In this document: positions 25,855 to 39,548 of the stretch, piece by piece | Numbering within the stretch: the first letter of the stretch is position 1 | Layout: every line of letters begins with the position of its first letter | Origin: Octopus sinensis | Lineage: Eukaryota | Assembly: GCF_006345805.1 (NCBI RefSeq) | Contig: NC_042999.1 | Location: 54,064,001 to 54,128,000 of the forward strand | Direction: 5' to 3' | DNA length: 64,000 bases | The notes under the pieces: generated by a model | What the model saw: the letters and a program-made list of their open reading frames with translations, nothing else | What the model was told of the DNA's origin: nothing | Database searches by the model: none | Made by a program: the position numbers and the translations under genes

Positions 25855-26062
25855 AGGCGGCAAGCTGCCAGATATGTTAGCACGCCGGGCGAAATTCTTA
25901 GCGTTCGTCTTTACGTTCTGAATTCAAATTCCACCGAGGTCGACTTTGCCTTTCATCCTTTCGGGGTCCTTAAATTAAGTACCAGTTACGTACTGGAGAC
26001 GATTTAATCGACTGGCCCCTTCCCCAAAGATTTCGAGCCTTGTGCCCTAGAGGAGAAAAGAA
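25855..26062 (+). mobile_element. Family 1 SINE
   Basis: aaggcggcaagctgccagatatgttagcacgccggg...gaattcaaattccaccgaggtcgac. Confidence 0.8.
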
Positions 26063-26253
26063 TATAGATGAGTAAAAATAGCTCAGTGGAGCAACGTTGC
26101 CTCCTCAGTAGAAATATGAAACGGTTTCATAAATGTGATGGTTTTCAACTGTCTACAGTACAGATGACAGAATCGTATTCTTTGGGACTCAGATTCTTTG
26201 GAATTACTTTGGGGCTCAAGTTTCAGATTTCATCTTACGGCTTACAATTTGTG

Positions 26254-26707
26254 TCATGAAAGTTTAGTATCAGCGATTTCTTTGTTCTCGATAAAACCTG
26301 GGCGAAAATGGATACCCGTCTTACAGAAACACTCACAGAATGTTAGCATGTAATGTTGGAGGGGGGAGAGAGTTGAATTAGTTTCTTAAGGGTGGATAAG
26401 AGACAACGACAAAAAGGTCGTTAAGGGTGGAGGAGGGATGATAAGAGGTACTTGTTAAAAGTGGAGGAGCGGATTCAGGAGTTTATTAAGGATGAAGGTG
26501 TTAAAGATTTAGGAGAAAGGATGAGGCGGAGAGGACTTATTGAGGAAGAATGGTTATCATTGGGTATTTAAGCTAAGGTAGATTATATCTATGCACAGGA
26601 TAATCGGATTGGTCTTCTATGGAAATGATTTTCAAATATTTTACCATTAACAGCAGCAACGGGAGAAACATCAGGTGAACTAGATGTAGGTTCTATTGGG
26701 AGAGAGA

Positions 26708-26764
<57 letters not shown>

Positions 26765-27654
26765 AACCAGAAAGTATGGCGTCACGTTATTTTCAATTGA
26801 GATAAATTGAATTAGAAAAGCTACTAAAACAAATATGGGAGAAGCATTATAAAAGCAACAAAACATTAATAAAGAAATTCTTGAATGTTTTAAAAGCTAT
26901 AAAAGACTAAAAGAACGACAAGGCGTCTAGCTCAAATAGATATACGAAGTAGCTGGTTCTGGTTAATAAGAAATATCGCTAAGTAATCCTACAGAGATAA
27001 CAAATGTCGGTTGATTACGTAACGAAATCTAAAACTAATATTTTTAAACAGAAGAAAAAAAACATCCGCATTCGCAGAAGAAAGTCTGAAGATATTGAAT
27101 TTTTGCAGAAATACAAATGGAGACATTGGATGTTGTGACATTCATGCTTTCAACAAGAATAAGCGGTAGATTAGATGGTTTATAAAAGATTTAAACATAA
27201 TTTTTTTTCATACACTTGATGTTATATATTTCGTGTGTAAGACTGGAAGGTAGGTGTGGAAAGTAGGCGTGAGGGGAAAGCAATTTATATCTAGTAAGAT
27301 GTCGTTTAAAATATATAAACAAGCCATTGGTTCTGGCTGAATTCTCTACAAAATACTACATTCATTAATGGTGACATATATTTCGGTATTATTCGTCACA
27401 TGTTTATAGGAAGTGAGATATTTAATGGGTTGGTTATTGCTAAAGGCAGAAGCAATTAAAATACTACTTACAGTACGCCAGAGAAAGTCATATCTAGATT
27501 AGCAAGATGCCAAACTATAATGTGATCAATAAACTTCGATTAAGCCGGAGTTTAATTTTTAGAATAGAAGAGTGTCTGTCTGGAAAGAAATATAAATCAC
27601 CCGGATTTTGTTGTAGATAAATGGTATTAGGTAGCACCGGTGCTTCGCCGACAA
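26254..27654 (-). CDS. Tentative last three coding exons of an unidentified host gene (27654-27601, 26692-26645, 26297-26254)
   Basis: AG/GT boundaries with consistent phase 1; the spliced product reads VVGEAPVLPNTIYLQQNP-EPTSSSPDVSPVAAVN-GFIENKEIADTKLS*. No homology recognised. Confidence 0.25.
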
Positions 27655-28159
27655 CTTTTAACCACAAATAAGTAATGAGTAACAGACAGGTGCATAGATA
27701 TACACATATACACACACAGAGCAACAGAGCAGACACACACACACACTCAAATAAACGCACCTACACACACGTAAGTTATTTGCGAGTTAACAAGGCTGCC
27801 ATTGGTTTCATACTGAGTGAAGATACCTCACCAAGCATAAATATATACATATACATTATATATATATATAACAGGAAAGTTTACGAAAATAAACAAAAGA
27901 CGAAGGCGGGTGGAGTACAAACAAACAAATGTATTAGTATAGCGCTCAGGAATAGAAAAAGAAGAAGTCTTTTACGTTTCGAGCCTACGCTCTTCGAGCC
28001 TACGCTCTTCGACAGAAAAATATACAGAAAAAAACAAGGAGAGAAAAAAATGCGTGTAGGAACTAACGATCTATCATAGCGTCCTGACTTCGGACAGTGG
28101 TCAGACGCGAGAGGGACAGTAGGTGTGTGTGTGTGTGTATGTATGTATATTTATATTTC

Positions 28160-28360
28160 TGCATGTGTGTGTGTGTGCATGAAACTGCGTGCCCAAGTAG
28201 TTAACGTGTTGCATTCCTGGTCGCAAGATAGCGGTTTCGATTCTCAGACGGAGCGCTGCGTTTTGTTCTTGAGCAAAACCCTTCATTTCACATTGCTCCA
28301 GTCCACTCAGCTGTAAACAAGTCTCCTTGCAACGGATTGGCGTCCCGTTTAGGGACAGTA
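28160..28360 (+). mobile_element. CORE-type tRNA SINE
   Basis: tRNA-like head plus cttgagcaaaac...ttgctccagtccactcagctg CORE-like block. Confidence 0.65.
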
Positions 28361-30149
28361 TCGTCATGTTGGTCACTTATGCAGCATAAGTCTACCCATC
28401 TTGCTGGCATGCAGGCAACACTTGAAACCTACAGCCATGCAAAGAAGTGTATTGTGATCATCGGTGTATAAAAATAAAACATTCGATAGTCTAGTCGATA
28501 GAGTGAAGAGAACGCAAAGAGAGAAAGCTGCATGCAATTTAGAAGAAATTGCTTGGCCTTCCACCATATTTTCTATTACGGCGGTGCTCCAGCATGACCG
28601 TAGTCAAATGACTGAAACAAGTAAAATAATATATATATATATAGCTAATAGTGAAGGATTATCAACCCAGGCAAAACACGTTATAAGCTCTCCGTTGGTA
28701 CACTAGGGTAATAATATTGTTAAGATTAGTAAAGAACTCCGAGTATTCCAATGGCAGGGTCCAAAGTTCTGCTTCATCACGATACTATGTTGTAAATCCT
28801 TGGTTGGGCTCCAGTCAAACTGGTTTTTACACAAAGTGATACACAAGAGAAGGTATAAATAATGGTCATTACATATTTTTCCTCTATTTGAGTAAATTCG
28901 GCTTACAGCTGTTTCCTGTGGTCATTACAGGTACGTTACTGATAGGTTTACTCAATTGGTCTATTGATCAATTGAGGCAAATTGAACGAACTAAGAAAAT
29001 TAATGCTACTTTCCTTAGAACCGTTTCTGATTATCATAAATATTCTAATACTGAATAATATAATATTCCGATGATACCAGTAGAAAATGTGAATTTCTAT
29101 ATGACAATCATTATCGATCAGTTGGTTTAAACATTGATCTATTGATTTAAAGATTAAATGTATATCTACCAACCTGGTGTCAGTTATAAATAGAAGTTGC
29201 CATATTCACCTCTATCAGGAAATTATTAAAATTCTGAGGCGAAACATTTCCGTCAATGAACCGAAACCGTATCGAGTTGTTCATATTGTCAAACAACAAA
29301 CCTCCTTTTAAGTACAATCAACGGCAGTTGTTGTTGTTATTGTCGTTTTTGTTACTTCTGTTGTTATTTTGGCCGTTGTTGCTTAGTCCCTGGAATAACC
29401 TGTTTGAGCACACTCATGACTATAACCTTTCCAGTCGTGAACATCCCACCTTTTCCTTTAGACACATTTTATCTATGACTATGTTTTCAATGTATAATTA
29501 TTTCCTAAGATACCATGTTTTGATTCAAGGAATATTTGGCTGTTATTTTTAGCATGTCAAGCGACCGCATTAAGTTTTCTGCGTCGACTTTCTCATCAAA
29601 CAGTAAAGTATTCTAGAATAAAAGTCTAAACCTGATTACGAAGTGAGAAGCACCGAAACTTGGAAGAGACTTTTCTCGAAAAAATATGATTGTTTCTCTG
29701 AAGAAATTCATTCTGAGAATAACATAATCGATTGGTTTGAAACTATCACTAAAATTGATATTTACTAAAATTTAATAAATAAGCGATAAATAACTATCCA
29801 AGTGAGTAGGATGTTTGATTGCTTGATGAGTTTTATCGAAGTCTAAGTTATTGATCAGATAAAATGCATTAACCTCACATTGAACCACTCCAATAGATCG
29901 ACCTCATCTTTGCCATCCTAAAACTTTAACCTCTTAATGACCTATTCCAGTACATTAGACTCTCATCAGACGCTACAACTCGTAGAGTGAAGGATGTTAA
30001 TTTACTGATTACAGCTCAGCAGAAATTATGTAATTAACGAGAGTTCTGTGAAGTTAGTGGGGGCAGCACTGCTGCGTTGTGTAATATTCCAGAGATTAAA
30101 GAGACAATTCTGCTGATCTTGTGATTGATTTTAAGGACCCAGCAATACG

Positions 30150-30428
30150 CCACTGACGAAAGTTCCAGTTGATCTGGTTAAGGGGACAGCCTACTCGTGA
30201 AATATCCCACCGACACGAGTACCCTTAACGTAGTTTTGAGAGAGATTCAGCGTGAAACAGAACGTGGCAAGACGTTGAAAAACAGGTACTAATCGATTTT
30301 TGCCAGCTGAGTGGACTGGAGCAACGTGAAATAAAGTATCTTGCTCAAGGACACAACGCGTCGCCGGGAATTGAACTCACAACCTTACGATCGCGAGCTG
30401 AATACCCGAACCACTAAGCCACGCACTC
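30150..30428 (-). mobile_element. CORE-type tRNA SINE
   Basis: Head GTGCGTGGCTTAGTGGTTCGGG...GAGTTCAATTCC, plus a CORE-like block. Confidence 0.7.
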
Positions 30429-30689
30429 TACTGGTGTATTGTCATTTCTCTTTAAACACCAAACAGTACATTACTGCTGTCCATTTTTCATTTTTCCTTC
30501 CAATCTAATATCGAAACGATTCATTCTGCACTCATCTAAATCACGCACAAGTTTCTTATTAAAGTCATAACATCATTTCATAATAAAATGTGTTTCTTTA
30601 CACGAAATACATCAACTCGTGAATTAGAGTTTATGATATCGGTGGCCTGGTTTTTATTTGCTTTTAGCACGTAAAGGTAATGTAGTGTG

Positions 30690-30940
30690 ATGGATGAAGA
30701 GGACAACAGAAGGAGAAGGAGGGGAAATACAAACAGGTCTTACCTCGGCGAAGATTCAGGTCTCTTCGGAACTCGTCACGTCCAGTCGCTTCTTCGTCTC
30801 AGCTCCAACTGCCCGCTTCGTTGATCGCCGCACGTGCGTGCTGCTTGACCGCTTCCGCTTCCCGCCGCACAAGCGCCCTGCGAGCCCTACTTCCGCCCTC
30901 CCTTATCTGTCGTCCTCTCCACCGACACCACAGGTAAACA
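30690..30940. promoter_or_regulatory. CpG-rich candidate bidirectional promoter with two divergent first exons
   Basis: GC/CpG island in an AT-rich context; tandem CTTCCG ETS-like motifs; minus-strand donor GAG|GTAAGA at 30744/30743 and plus-strand donor CAG|GTAAAC at 30933/30934. Confidence 0.5.
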
Positions 30941-31852
30941 TGTTATTCAACATATTCTAACAGTGATCATAATATGATTTTAATTTAATTATAAACATAA
31001 TTTTTGCCGATAAGATCGATCACGCTTTACAGACGAGAGTACGAAGCTTAACGAAGTCCAGTGTATTACTGGTACAAGCTTCATCAACTTCAAAATTTTA
31101 AAACATGATTTTGCTCCTCTCGGTATTCGAACCGATTAACCAGCAGTATCAAGATAAACAGATTTCGTTTCATCCTTCCAGTCACGTGACAATATAGGGG
31201 AGAAACGGTAGGGGCGAAACACAATCTGCTTAATTTAACGAGTGAAATGTTGTAAATGGAGTATAATGAGTCATTAGAATAATACTGGGTCACATGACTG
31301 AATGAAATCATTACAGAAAACTATACAAAACCCATTTAACACAGAATAAACATCCAGGGCTTTCCTATCTTGGAAGATTATCAAGATTCTGTCAGTGGCA
31401 GCAAGCTGTGATATAATGATGAAACAGATTTATCATTCTGTAATGATTCATTTTCATCGATCCCTTTAAACATTAGTGGCCAAAGCTCTTACCTTCCCAG
31501 AATTTCAACAAACTGGAACTCCCACCTCCCCTCTTTATTTTCTTCCTGATGACATCAATACTCGAAGAGTTTACGAACGCCATTCTCTATTCCGTTTTAT
31601 GTTAGTTATTTACTGCTTTCAATTAGTGAACTGCAGCCAGACAGGAGCTTGGGTTTCCACGACTTTATTCGGTCATAGTAGTTTTAATATTCTTCTATCA
31701 CTCTAGAACTTATCGAACTCCTAAGAAAGAATGGCAAAGAATGACATAAATGGACGTAATCAAAATGGAACCAAAATACTGTAAGATAAAGGTTCCTCTG
31801 GAACTCGATACAGTGACAAATATATAGTGACAAATAATAGTGTGTAGAATAT

Positions 31853-32305
31853 TTATTTCTTTATTGCCCACAAGGGGCTAAACACAGAGAGGACAAACAA
31901 GGACAGACAAAGGGATTAAGTCGATTACATTGATCCCAGTGCTTTACGGATACTTATTTAATTGACCCCGAAAGGATGAAAGGCAAAGTCGACCTCGGCG
32001 GAATTTGAACTCAGAACGTAGCAGCAGACGAAATACCGCTAAGCATTTCGCCCGGCGTGCTAACGTTTCTTATTTCTTTATCGCCCACATGGGGCTAAAC
32101 ATGGAGGGGACGAACAAGGATAGACAAAGGGACTAAATCGATTAAAGCGACCCCAGTGCGTATCTGGTACTTATTTAATCGACCCAGAAAGGATGAAAGG
32201 CAAAGTCGACCTCGGCGGAATTTGAACTCAGAACGTAGCGGCAGACGAAATACTGCTAAGCATTTCGCCAGGCGTGCTAATGTTTCTGCCAGCTCGCTGC
32301 CTTTA
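31853..32305 (-). mobile_element. Two tandem family 1 SINEs
   Basis: Same head and body as 13110-13856. Confidence 0.85.
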
Positions 32306-32467
32306 GCGTGTAGAATATTGACTTAATAAAACTCCCATGTATGTATGTATGTATGTATGGATGGATGGATGGATGGATGGATGGATGGATGGATGGATGG
32401 ATGGTTGGATGGATGGATGGATGGACAATTAGGGGGCTTAGAAGAGGCAACCTGTGAAAAGTGAGAG

Positions 32468-32841
32468 AATGTTGCTTTTTATGTGTGTGGCTTGTGGGTG
32501 GAGATGTTTGAGTCGTGCAGGTCTGGTGAGCCATCAAAATTCTCATAGAAATCGACCCATGATAAACAATGATGTGGCTATTAAAATTCACAACAGAACG
32601 TATGTAAAATGTTGAAGGGCGTGCCTCTCAGTTGGAGGTCTAAAGATACATGTTAAGAGAGTGCTTATGGTGGCACCTGTTTCTCCTGCCAGCCATCACA
32701 TTTGTCTAGTATGTAATAAAATGTGTAAAAGCTTGGCCGGGCTTAAAAGTCATATAAGGGCATCACATGGCAACAATCATGAATCATTTCAGTAAGTCTT
32801 TTTGGCAACGGCTTTTCTCGTGTAACGAGGACGCAGCTGTG

Positions 32842-32874
<33 letters not shown>

Positions 32875-32910
32875 TGTATGTATGTATGTATGTATGTATG
32901 TATGTATGTG
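32468..32910 (+). mobile_element. RTE-like LINE 3' end with three C2H2-like fingers and a (TATG)n tail
   Basis: CVACGWRCLSRAGLVSH, C*RACLSVGGLKIH and CLVCNKMCKSLAGLKSH; stop at 32793-32795; tail 32847-32910. Confidence 0.65.
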
Positions 32911-33214
32911 ACCGTGACCGACCAGGCTATCAGATGTTGCTACACATCGCTGGTCACAATGCGCTTCGCATTGTTTTAGCCTTCAAACGACGCCACCCCG
33001 CTGGCCAAGCGAGCAGGCCAACAGAAGAAAGAGTGAGAGAAAGTTGTGGCGAAAGAGTACAGCAGGGATCGCCACCACCACCCTGCCGGAGCCTCGTGGA
33101 GCTTTAGGTGTTTTCGCTCAATAAGCACACACACAACACCCGGTCTGGGAATCAAAACCGCGATCCTTCGATCGCGAGTTCGCTGCCCTAACCACTGGGT
33201 CATTGCGCCTCCAC
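32911..33214 (-). mobile_element. tRNA-derived SINE flanked by (CATA)n
   Basis: Head GGAGGCGCAATGACCCAGTGGTTAGGGC...GGTTTTGATTCC. Confidence 0.75.
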
Positions 33215-35269
33215 ATGTATGTATGTATGTATGTATGTATGTATGTACAAACCGTGTACTTTGCAAATACCTCATATTAATAGAGTTGTTCATTAAGCTA
33301 GTTTATAATTACATAACGAATGATGCACGGAATTGACCTAAACCTGTCGCTTCAAGAAAATATTGTTCATAACTAGCTTTGAAAATATCGATAACATATA
33401 AACGATAATATATAACGAATCAATATATTTTGAGAGCGGGAAAGGGGTGAAGAGGAAGTGAATCTGAAATTGGCAACAAACCCGAAATTCCAAAGTTGAA
33501 ACAATAGTAATACACTTGATCCACATGTTTCAACGGAAACGAGATTTATTCAAACACAATTGGTGGAGTGATCAAAACAGTAACGAATTTATCAAATATA
33601 TTAGACTAAGACAGTTGAATGGTGTTAATAAAGGAAGCGAAAGAAAGGAAAAACAATGGAAAAGAGAAAAAAAAAAACACAGAAAAGAAAGACAAACCAT
33701 TGTTTATGCCAAACGAAGAATAGAATACATTACATTTTTTGAAACAGTTAGAGATATCAAAGACTTTCTTGAACTTCTGCGCTTGACTTGAGAATTGTTC
33801 CTGCTGTTCAAATAAATAGAGTCTCTCTGTTAGGAGCCACATCATTCACTATTAGGAAATTTAACAAAAACAACATAACATAGGTACTTACAAATAGCTA
33901 TTCCACTTTCTCAGTCTAGACTTAACACAGATAAACATTTTTCCTGGGGGAAAACAAATGAAAAATTGAAATATAATTACTATGACAAATAGTCACCTTC
34001 CAAAGTCTTCTAGAATTTAACTAGTATCATTCGTTGTCGCATTTCTAGCATTTCATAAAGTGAAGGGGTTTTTTTAATGGTGCATCTCTTTCCTACGTTT
34101 TAAAAATAATCAGTTCCCACAGAAAGGAACAGTATCATCTCATTACACCTCGCAATATCTTAACAGACATTGCAAGCCTGACATTGCCTGGCTTAATTAT
34201 CTTTTTATCATTTCGGGTGAGGCGTTCAAGAACACAAACACACTTTTAAAATTTCAACAGTTGTATTTTCTAACTAGCTGAGGTATTCGGTAAAACCCGG
34301 GAGCGGGGATATTCTAAGTACCCATTACAATGCCTAATTTTTCACAGACGGAAAATGAAATCAAGACATAGGATAGATAATAGAAGGCGTGAGCAAATTC
34401 ATTCACAAAACAATAATACAAATAAATATGTGTGGAATCGGAAAATGACAATTGTTTGGTCAGATGAGTGGAAAGCTGGGAATATATAATCAATGGAAAC
34501 ATCAAGAAGGGAATTGTAAAGGAGTGCTAGGAAAAAACAACAACATAAAAGTTTAAAAAGTAAACAAGAAATTATTTAGAGAAAAGGCACTTAATTTGAC
34601 GACTGTTTTTCATGGGTATAGTTCCACTGATCGTGAAAATCAAATATCGATTGCAACGGTTGGAACTGACAATTTTAAGTGCAGGTGTCAAGAAAATACA
34701 TGCTACATGTTTTAGCACGCAACACTGCAACGTTTAGAATCGATAATTCTAAGTACAGGTGTTAAGAAAATACACGTTACAGCAACCTGAGAATGCTGAA
34801 ATAATTGATGAACATTTTAACCCCACAACAATTTTGGTCAAATTTCGTCAATCAGTTAATCAGAAATCATCTTACGCTTTGCTTGAGTGGCCTAGGTAAT
34901 TTTTTATTTGTCTCAAACTATCCCTAGCGCATATTCTATCTGTGTATAAAATTTCAAGAAAATCGGTTGAAAACTTTAAAAGTCATGACAGAAAATAACA
35001 TTCATATGAGAATTTGCATTGAAATGTCCCATTGATTTTTGGAAAATCAATGCTGAGTAAAAATTATCGATGTTCTTGAAATTCCAAGTGCGTAAGTGAC
35101 CTCATGGGCATAAGCCCCTCACACGTGTCAATTTTCATCAGGTTCGGTTGGATAGTCTTGGATAGTCTCGGAGGAGTTAAAGTTACAAATTCACAAACAC
35201 ACACACGACCATAAACAGACAGAAATGTCATTTATGCATATAAATTAATTAAATGATGGACTCTCCTGT

Positions 35270-35520
35270 CGAGACCAATGTTTCAGCGTTCAGCTTTTGC
35301 CGAACGATCTTCACAAATGATTTGTTTATAGTGAGCAACAGTATGTGACGTATATTATCTCAGCCCCTCCATCAAATCGACGTTGCTTGAAGAGCGTACC
35401 ACGGTGTACCACACGTCAATTGATTGCAGAGCAAAGTGAGATGAAGGGTTTTGCTCGAGAAGACAACACACCACCCGGTCTAGGAATTGAAACCGTGATT
35501 TCACGATCGTGAAATCAGGT
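35270..35520 (-). mobile_element. Degenerate CORE-type SINE
   Basis: gcagagcaaagtgagatgaagggttttgctcgagaagacaac...ggaattgaaacc, similar to 30300-30400. Confidence 0.5.
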
Positions 35521-36751
35521 CATGCGTCCTCAGATATATCAAATGATATTCGATAAAACTTGTTAAATATTGTTAAACGTGTACAGTCAACATCAAGAAT
35601 GTTGGTTATGAAACGGACAAAGTAATTAAAGTAACGTGCCCTGCCATATAAATTAATTCTAATATAATCGTGTTAATATGACCTCTTGTCCAGTTAATAG
35701 CAAATGTCTCAGCAAAGATTGATATGCTAAACTGAAATTGCTAGAGGGCTGTAACCGTAAGTATTTAAGCATAACAGAACATAATTTTAACTGTAGGTAA
35801 ACAAAGAATACGTGGAGCAAAGAAACGCTACCTTTCTGTTGTTACACACTTGGTCACTGAAAGCTGAAGGTTAGTTAGTTGTTGAATTTTGCCAAATCAT
35901 TTTCTGAAGGATCTCATTTCTGTTTCTTCGGTACATGTAATGATCCCTTTTCATAAACGAACTCACTTATAATTTTTTTTTTTTTTTAATTTAACGAATC
36001 ATCTCATTTAAAAATAATTTTGTCATCACCAAAGCAAGTTCATTCTACTTTCGAACTACAGAATGAATATATTAAAAATCGTTTTGGAAAGCTTTTTAGA
36101 GAATTGTGAGTAACTTATGGATATATATAGTGTTCTTAAAGTTTTTCAAAGACATTTCCTATGAGAACTGACATCTATTAGCAAATTTACTTCTCTTGCT
36201 TTCATAATTGGAAAACCATTCTATTGTATTTTTCTCTGTTGAATTTCCTGCGACATTTCACGTCCTTTCACCTAAATAATGAACAACTTTTACATCAGTT
36301 CTGTGAACAGCCCACACACCCATACACACCTCAACTTTTCAGCCTTTATCCTCATCTTATAGTCTCTTCTTCCGCCTCCATTAATATCTCAAAACTCCAT
36401 ATAAATAAATGTATAAGTTTATTTCTCCCTAAATCGCAAAGTTCAATACAGAGCGAAGCAGAAAAACCTCCCACAGATTGCATGCCTAGTAATATGCCGC
36501 AAGTGAAAGTTAGGCAGACGGTGAGGGTATCTCTACGTAGCTAATGTCTTCCAATTTTGGATTTAGTAATCATCATCAATTAAATTTGCGTCTACCATGT
36601 TTTTGTTGCTGAAATGTTTACCAAGAATAGCGAATCTTGAAGGATTTTGCCGTATCCTCTACATCATCTTTCCTTCTCTCATCTCTCTATTTAATTCTTC
36701 GGTTTCCTTTTCTCTCTATCTTTCTCTCTCTCTCTTTCTCTCTCTTCCTAT

Positions 36752-36784
<33 letters not shown>

Positions 36785-37427
36785 TTCGCTCTCTCCCACT
36801 CTCTCACCGATATAATACATACCTATTTATAATCTTTGCTCTTCCTTCCATCGTCTTGACCAATTCGTTACATTTTAGTATTTCACTCCATCAAACTCTT
36901 ATTCTCTCTTCCTCTGCTGCCTCTTCTGCCTCTTTTCCACCACTCTTCTTTTATTCCCTTTATATCTTCCTTCTTGTTTATTATATATTTTAGTCTTTCT
37001 TCTTCTTATTTTAATATTTATTCGTTCCTATGCCTTCTTCTTTTCTCTTCTTACTTTCACTAACTCTCCGTCGTCTTTTTTTCTATATTTTTCCTTTCTA
37101 CTTACTTCCATAACTTTTATTACTCACTCATCTGTCTCAGTTTAAGTATTTTAAACGTTCAATTAAAGATTATGAGAGTTTAAACCATAAAATTCCATCA
37201 TTTTAAGCCTTGATTTCACCAAATCTATGACGCCTGTATTAGCTTCCTCTTGCGATAAAATTTTTACAGATGTTGAAAAGCGATAATCGAAAACGCAAAA
37301 TATAAAATGTAAGGCTTAATTGGCGTTATTATTATTATTATTGTTAACTATTTTGATTCGTTTGACTCGTTATATCTGTGTGTATACAGGAATATAACAC
37401 ATATGCATGTGTGTATGTGGAGAAATC

Positions 37428-37459
<32 letters not shown>

Positions 37460-37585
37460 GGTGGGGGATGAGAATAACTAAAAATAAAAGTCGACACAAT
37501 CATTAACACATATTGTTGGACGGTTGAGCGTTGCTTTGACGTTTGGACAGAGGTGGAGTATGTCTATGTAAGTATCTATCTATCC

Positions 37586-37773
<188 letters not shown>

Positions 37774-37885
37774 CAACACATATATGCATATATATATATA
37801 TATATATATAGGGTAGCGAGTTTTTTTAGGAATTTCACTACCAGTGGACTTAGCATGTATAAAAAGTCAATAGACAACATATTCT

Positions 37886-38077
37886 CAATATAAAATTAAT
37901 GTACATTTAAACACAAGAGAGGCGGCTTTTAACAGGCAGCCTTACACGCTAGAAGAAACAGTTGAAAAATTGGTCTTAAATGTGGTTTTGGTCGTTTTTG
38001 ACTGCTTCTTCTAGCGTATAAAGCTGCCTGTTAAAGGCCGCCTCTTTTCTGTATAAGTGTACACTAATTTTGTATGG
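37886..38077. mobile_element. Hairpin MITE of about 190 bp
   Basis: Arms of about 85 bp (37886-37968 and 37992-38077) are imperfect reverse complements. Confidence 0.65.
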
Positions 38078-38156
38078 TTCATATATATATATATATATAT
38101 ACACATACATAACTATACATACATACATACATACATACATACATACATACATACAT

Positions 38157-39548
38157 GAGCTGAAAAAGAGCCTTGACCTAGTTACAACATTCTCAAAGGA
38201 TGTAGATTGGAGTTTGGTCAGGATAAATGTTGTTATATGGTTGCAAAAAAGGGGAAAACTATAAACCAGACTAGTAACATCTCCGTTAATGCTTTGACTG
38301 TTTCCCCTGTATCTGACGGGGAATGTTACAGGTATCTAGGGGTGGATGAAAATATATCTTATAATGGCACCTGTAACAAAATATGTATCACTAAAGAATA
38401 TTACATGCGAATAAAGAACATTTCGACCTCAGAACTCTCTGCATTTAATGAGACAGTGGCCCACAATGTATTTGCAGTGCCAGTACTCATACCAACATTT
38501 GGGTTTGCTTGATTGGACGCGTGATGAGACCTGATCCATTAATGTGAAAACCCGGAATATACTAACAAGCACACATAATTTCCACATAAACAGTGATGTA
38601 GACCCCCTCTACCTAAAACGAAAGAAGAGGCTTAACATCAATCCAGACTGCCTTTAAATGTCGTAACATCTTTTAACCACCAACTGTTGAAGTCCATCCC
38701 TTGACCAAGTTTTCATACATGAGACTGATGACCTCATTAGACATAGATAGGAGCTCCTTGAGCAACATTCTTTGTCTGATAATCTTAAATACATGCCCAA
38801 AGAAGCCGCACAACTCTACCACAACGTATCATCAGATGAAAGAATGAGACTATATGAGCCGAAGACTATGTATGGATATGTTTGTTAGTAGAAAGCTCCG
38901 AGATGGTAGTAACATCGATCATCAAAGCAGTCTATCATGGACCAACAACCGGATTATCACCTCCCACTTTGAAGGGTATGCGTTTGCAATCAAGGAATAG
39001 GAAATATCAACCAAGTACCTGATGCACAAAAGGGATAGAAATGCGGGAGAAGCTGTAAAAGGTGACAACCGATGCAAACTTTCCAAAGATATCACCCACA
39101 TCATAATCAGTTGTTCGAAAATGTCATCACGGTATTATCTACCGATGAGACATGATGTTGTAGCTAGAACACTCTATAATGAAATCCATCTGAAGGATAA
39201 TCCCGAGGACAAAGAAATAAAATCCCACAATATGGTAGAAGACCATAATGAAAAGGAATACGGGTGGAATGTGCCAGTCAAGACCTCAATAAAATTTAAG
39301 AGCAACAGACCTGATATAATGATTTGGGAACTAATAAAAAACCTACAGATGCTCTATCCAGATTACAAGTTCATGTTTATACCTGTAATTATTGGGGCCC
39401 TGGGATATGTAACACACTGCCTAAATACAAATCTTACGAAATTAGGCTTCTCAGAACCAGAGAGGAGAAAGCTAATTCGAAGACTATAGATCCAGCCCAT
39501 CACTGGAGCAGTAAAATCTGTAAAACTTTCCAGAAGTTTATCATTTAA
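38157..39548 (+). mobile_element. R4/Dong-like non-LTR retrotransposon with restriction-like endonuclease; 5'-truncated and decayed
   Basis: FGQDKC, YRYLG and NVFAVPVL in late RT; CKL..EDITHIISSC-like CCHC, RHDVVAR, NRPDI and IPVIIGALG. Confidence 0.85.

Noticed and set aside
29399-29612. Minus-strand candidate exons 29612-29514 and 29455-29399
   Set aside because: Splice signals are present but the reading phases do not join without a stop.
33720-33810. EQFSSQAQKFKK as a SNARE-like exon
   Set aside because: Too short and no consistent neighbouring exons found.
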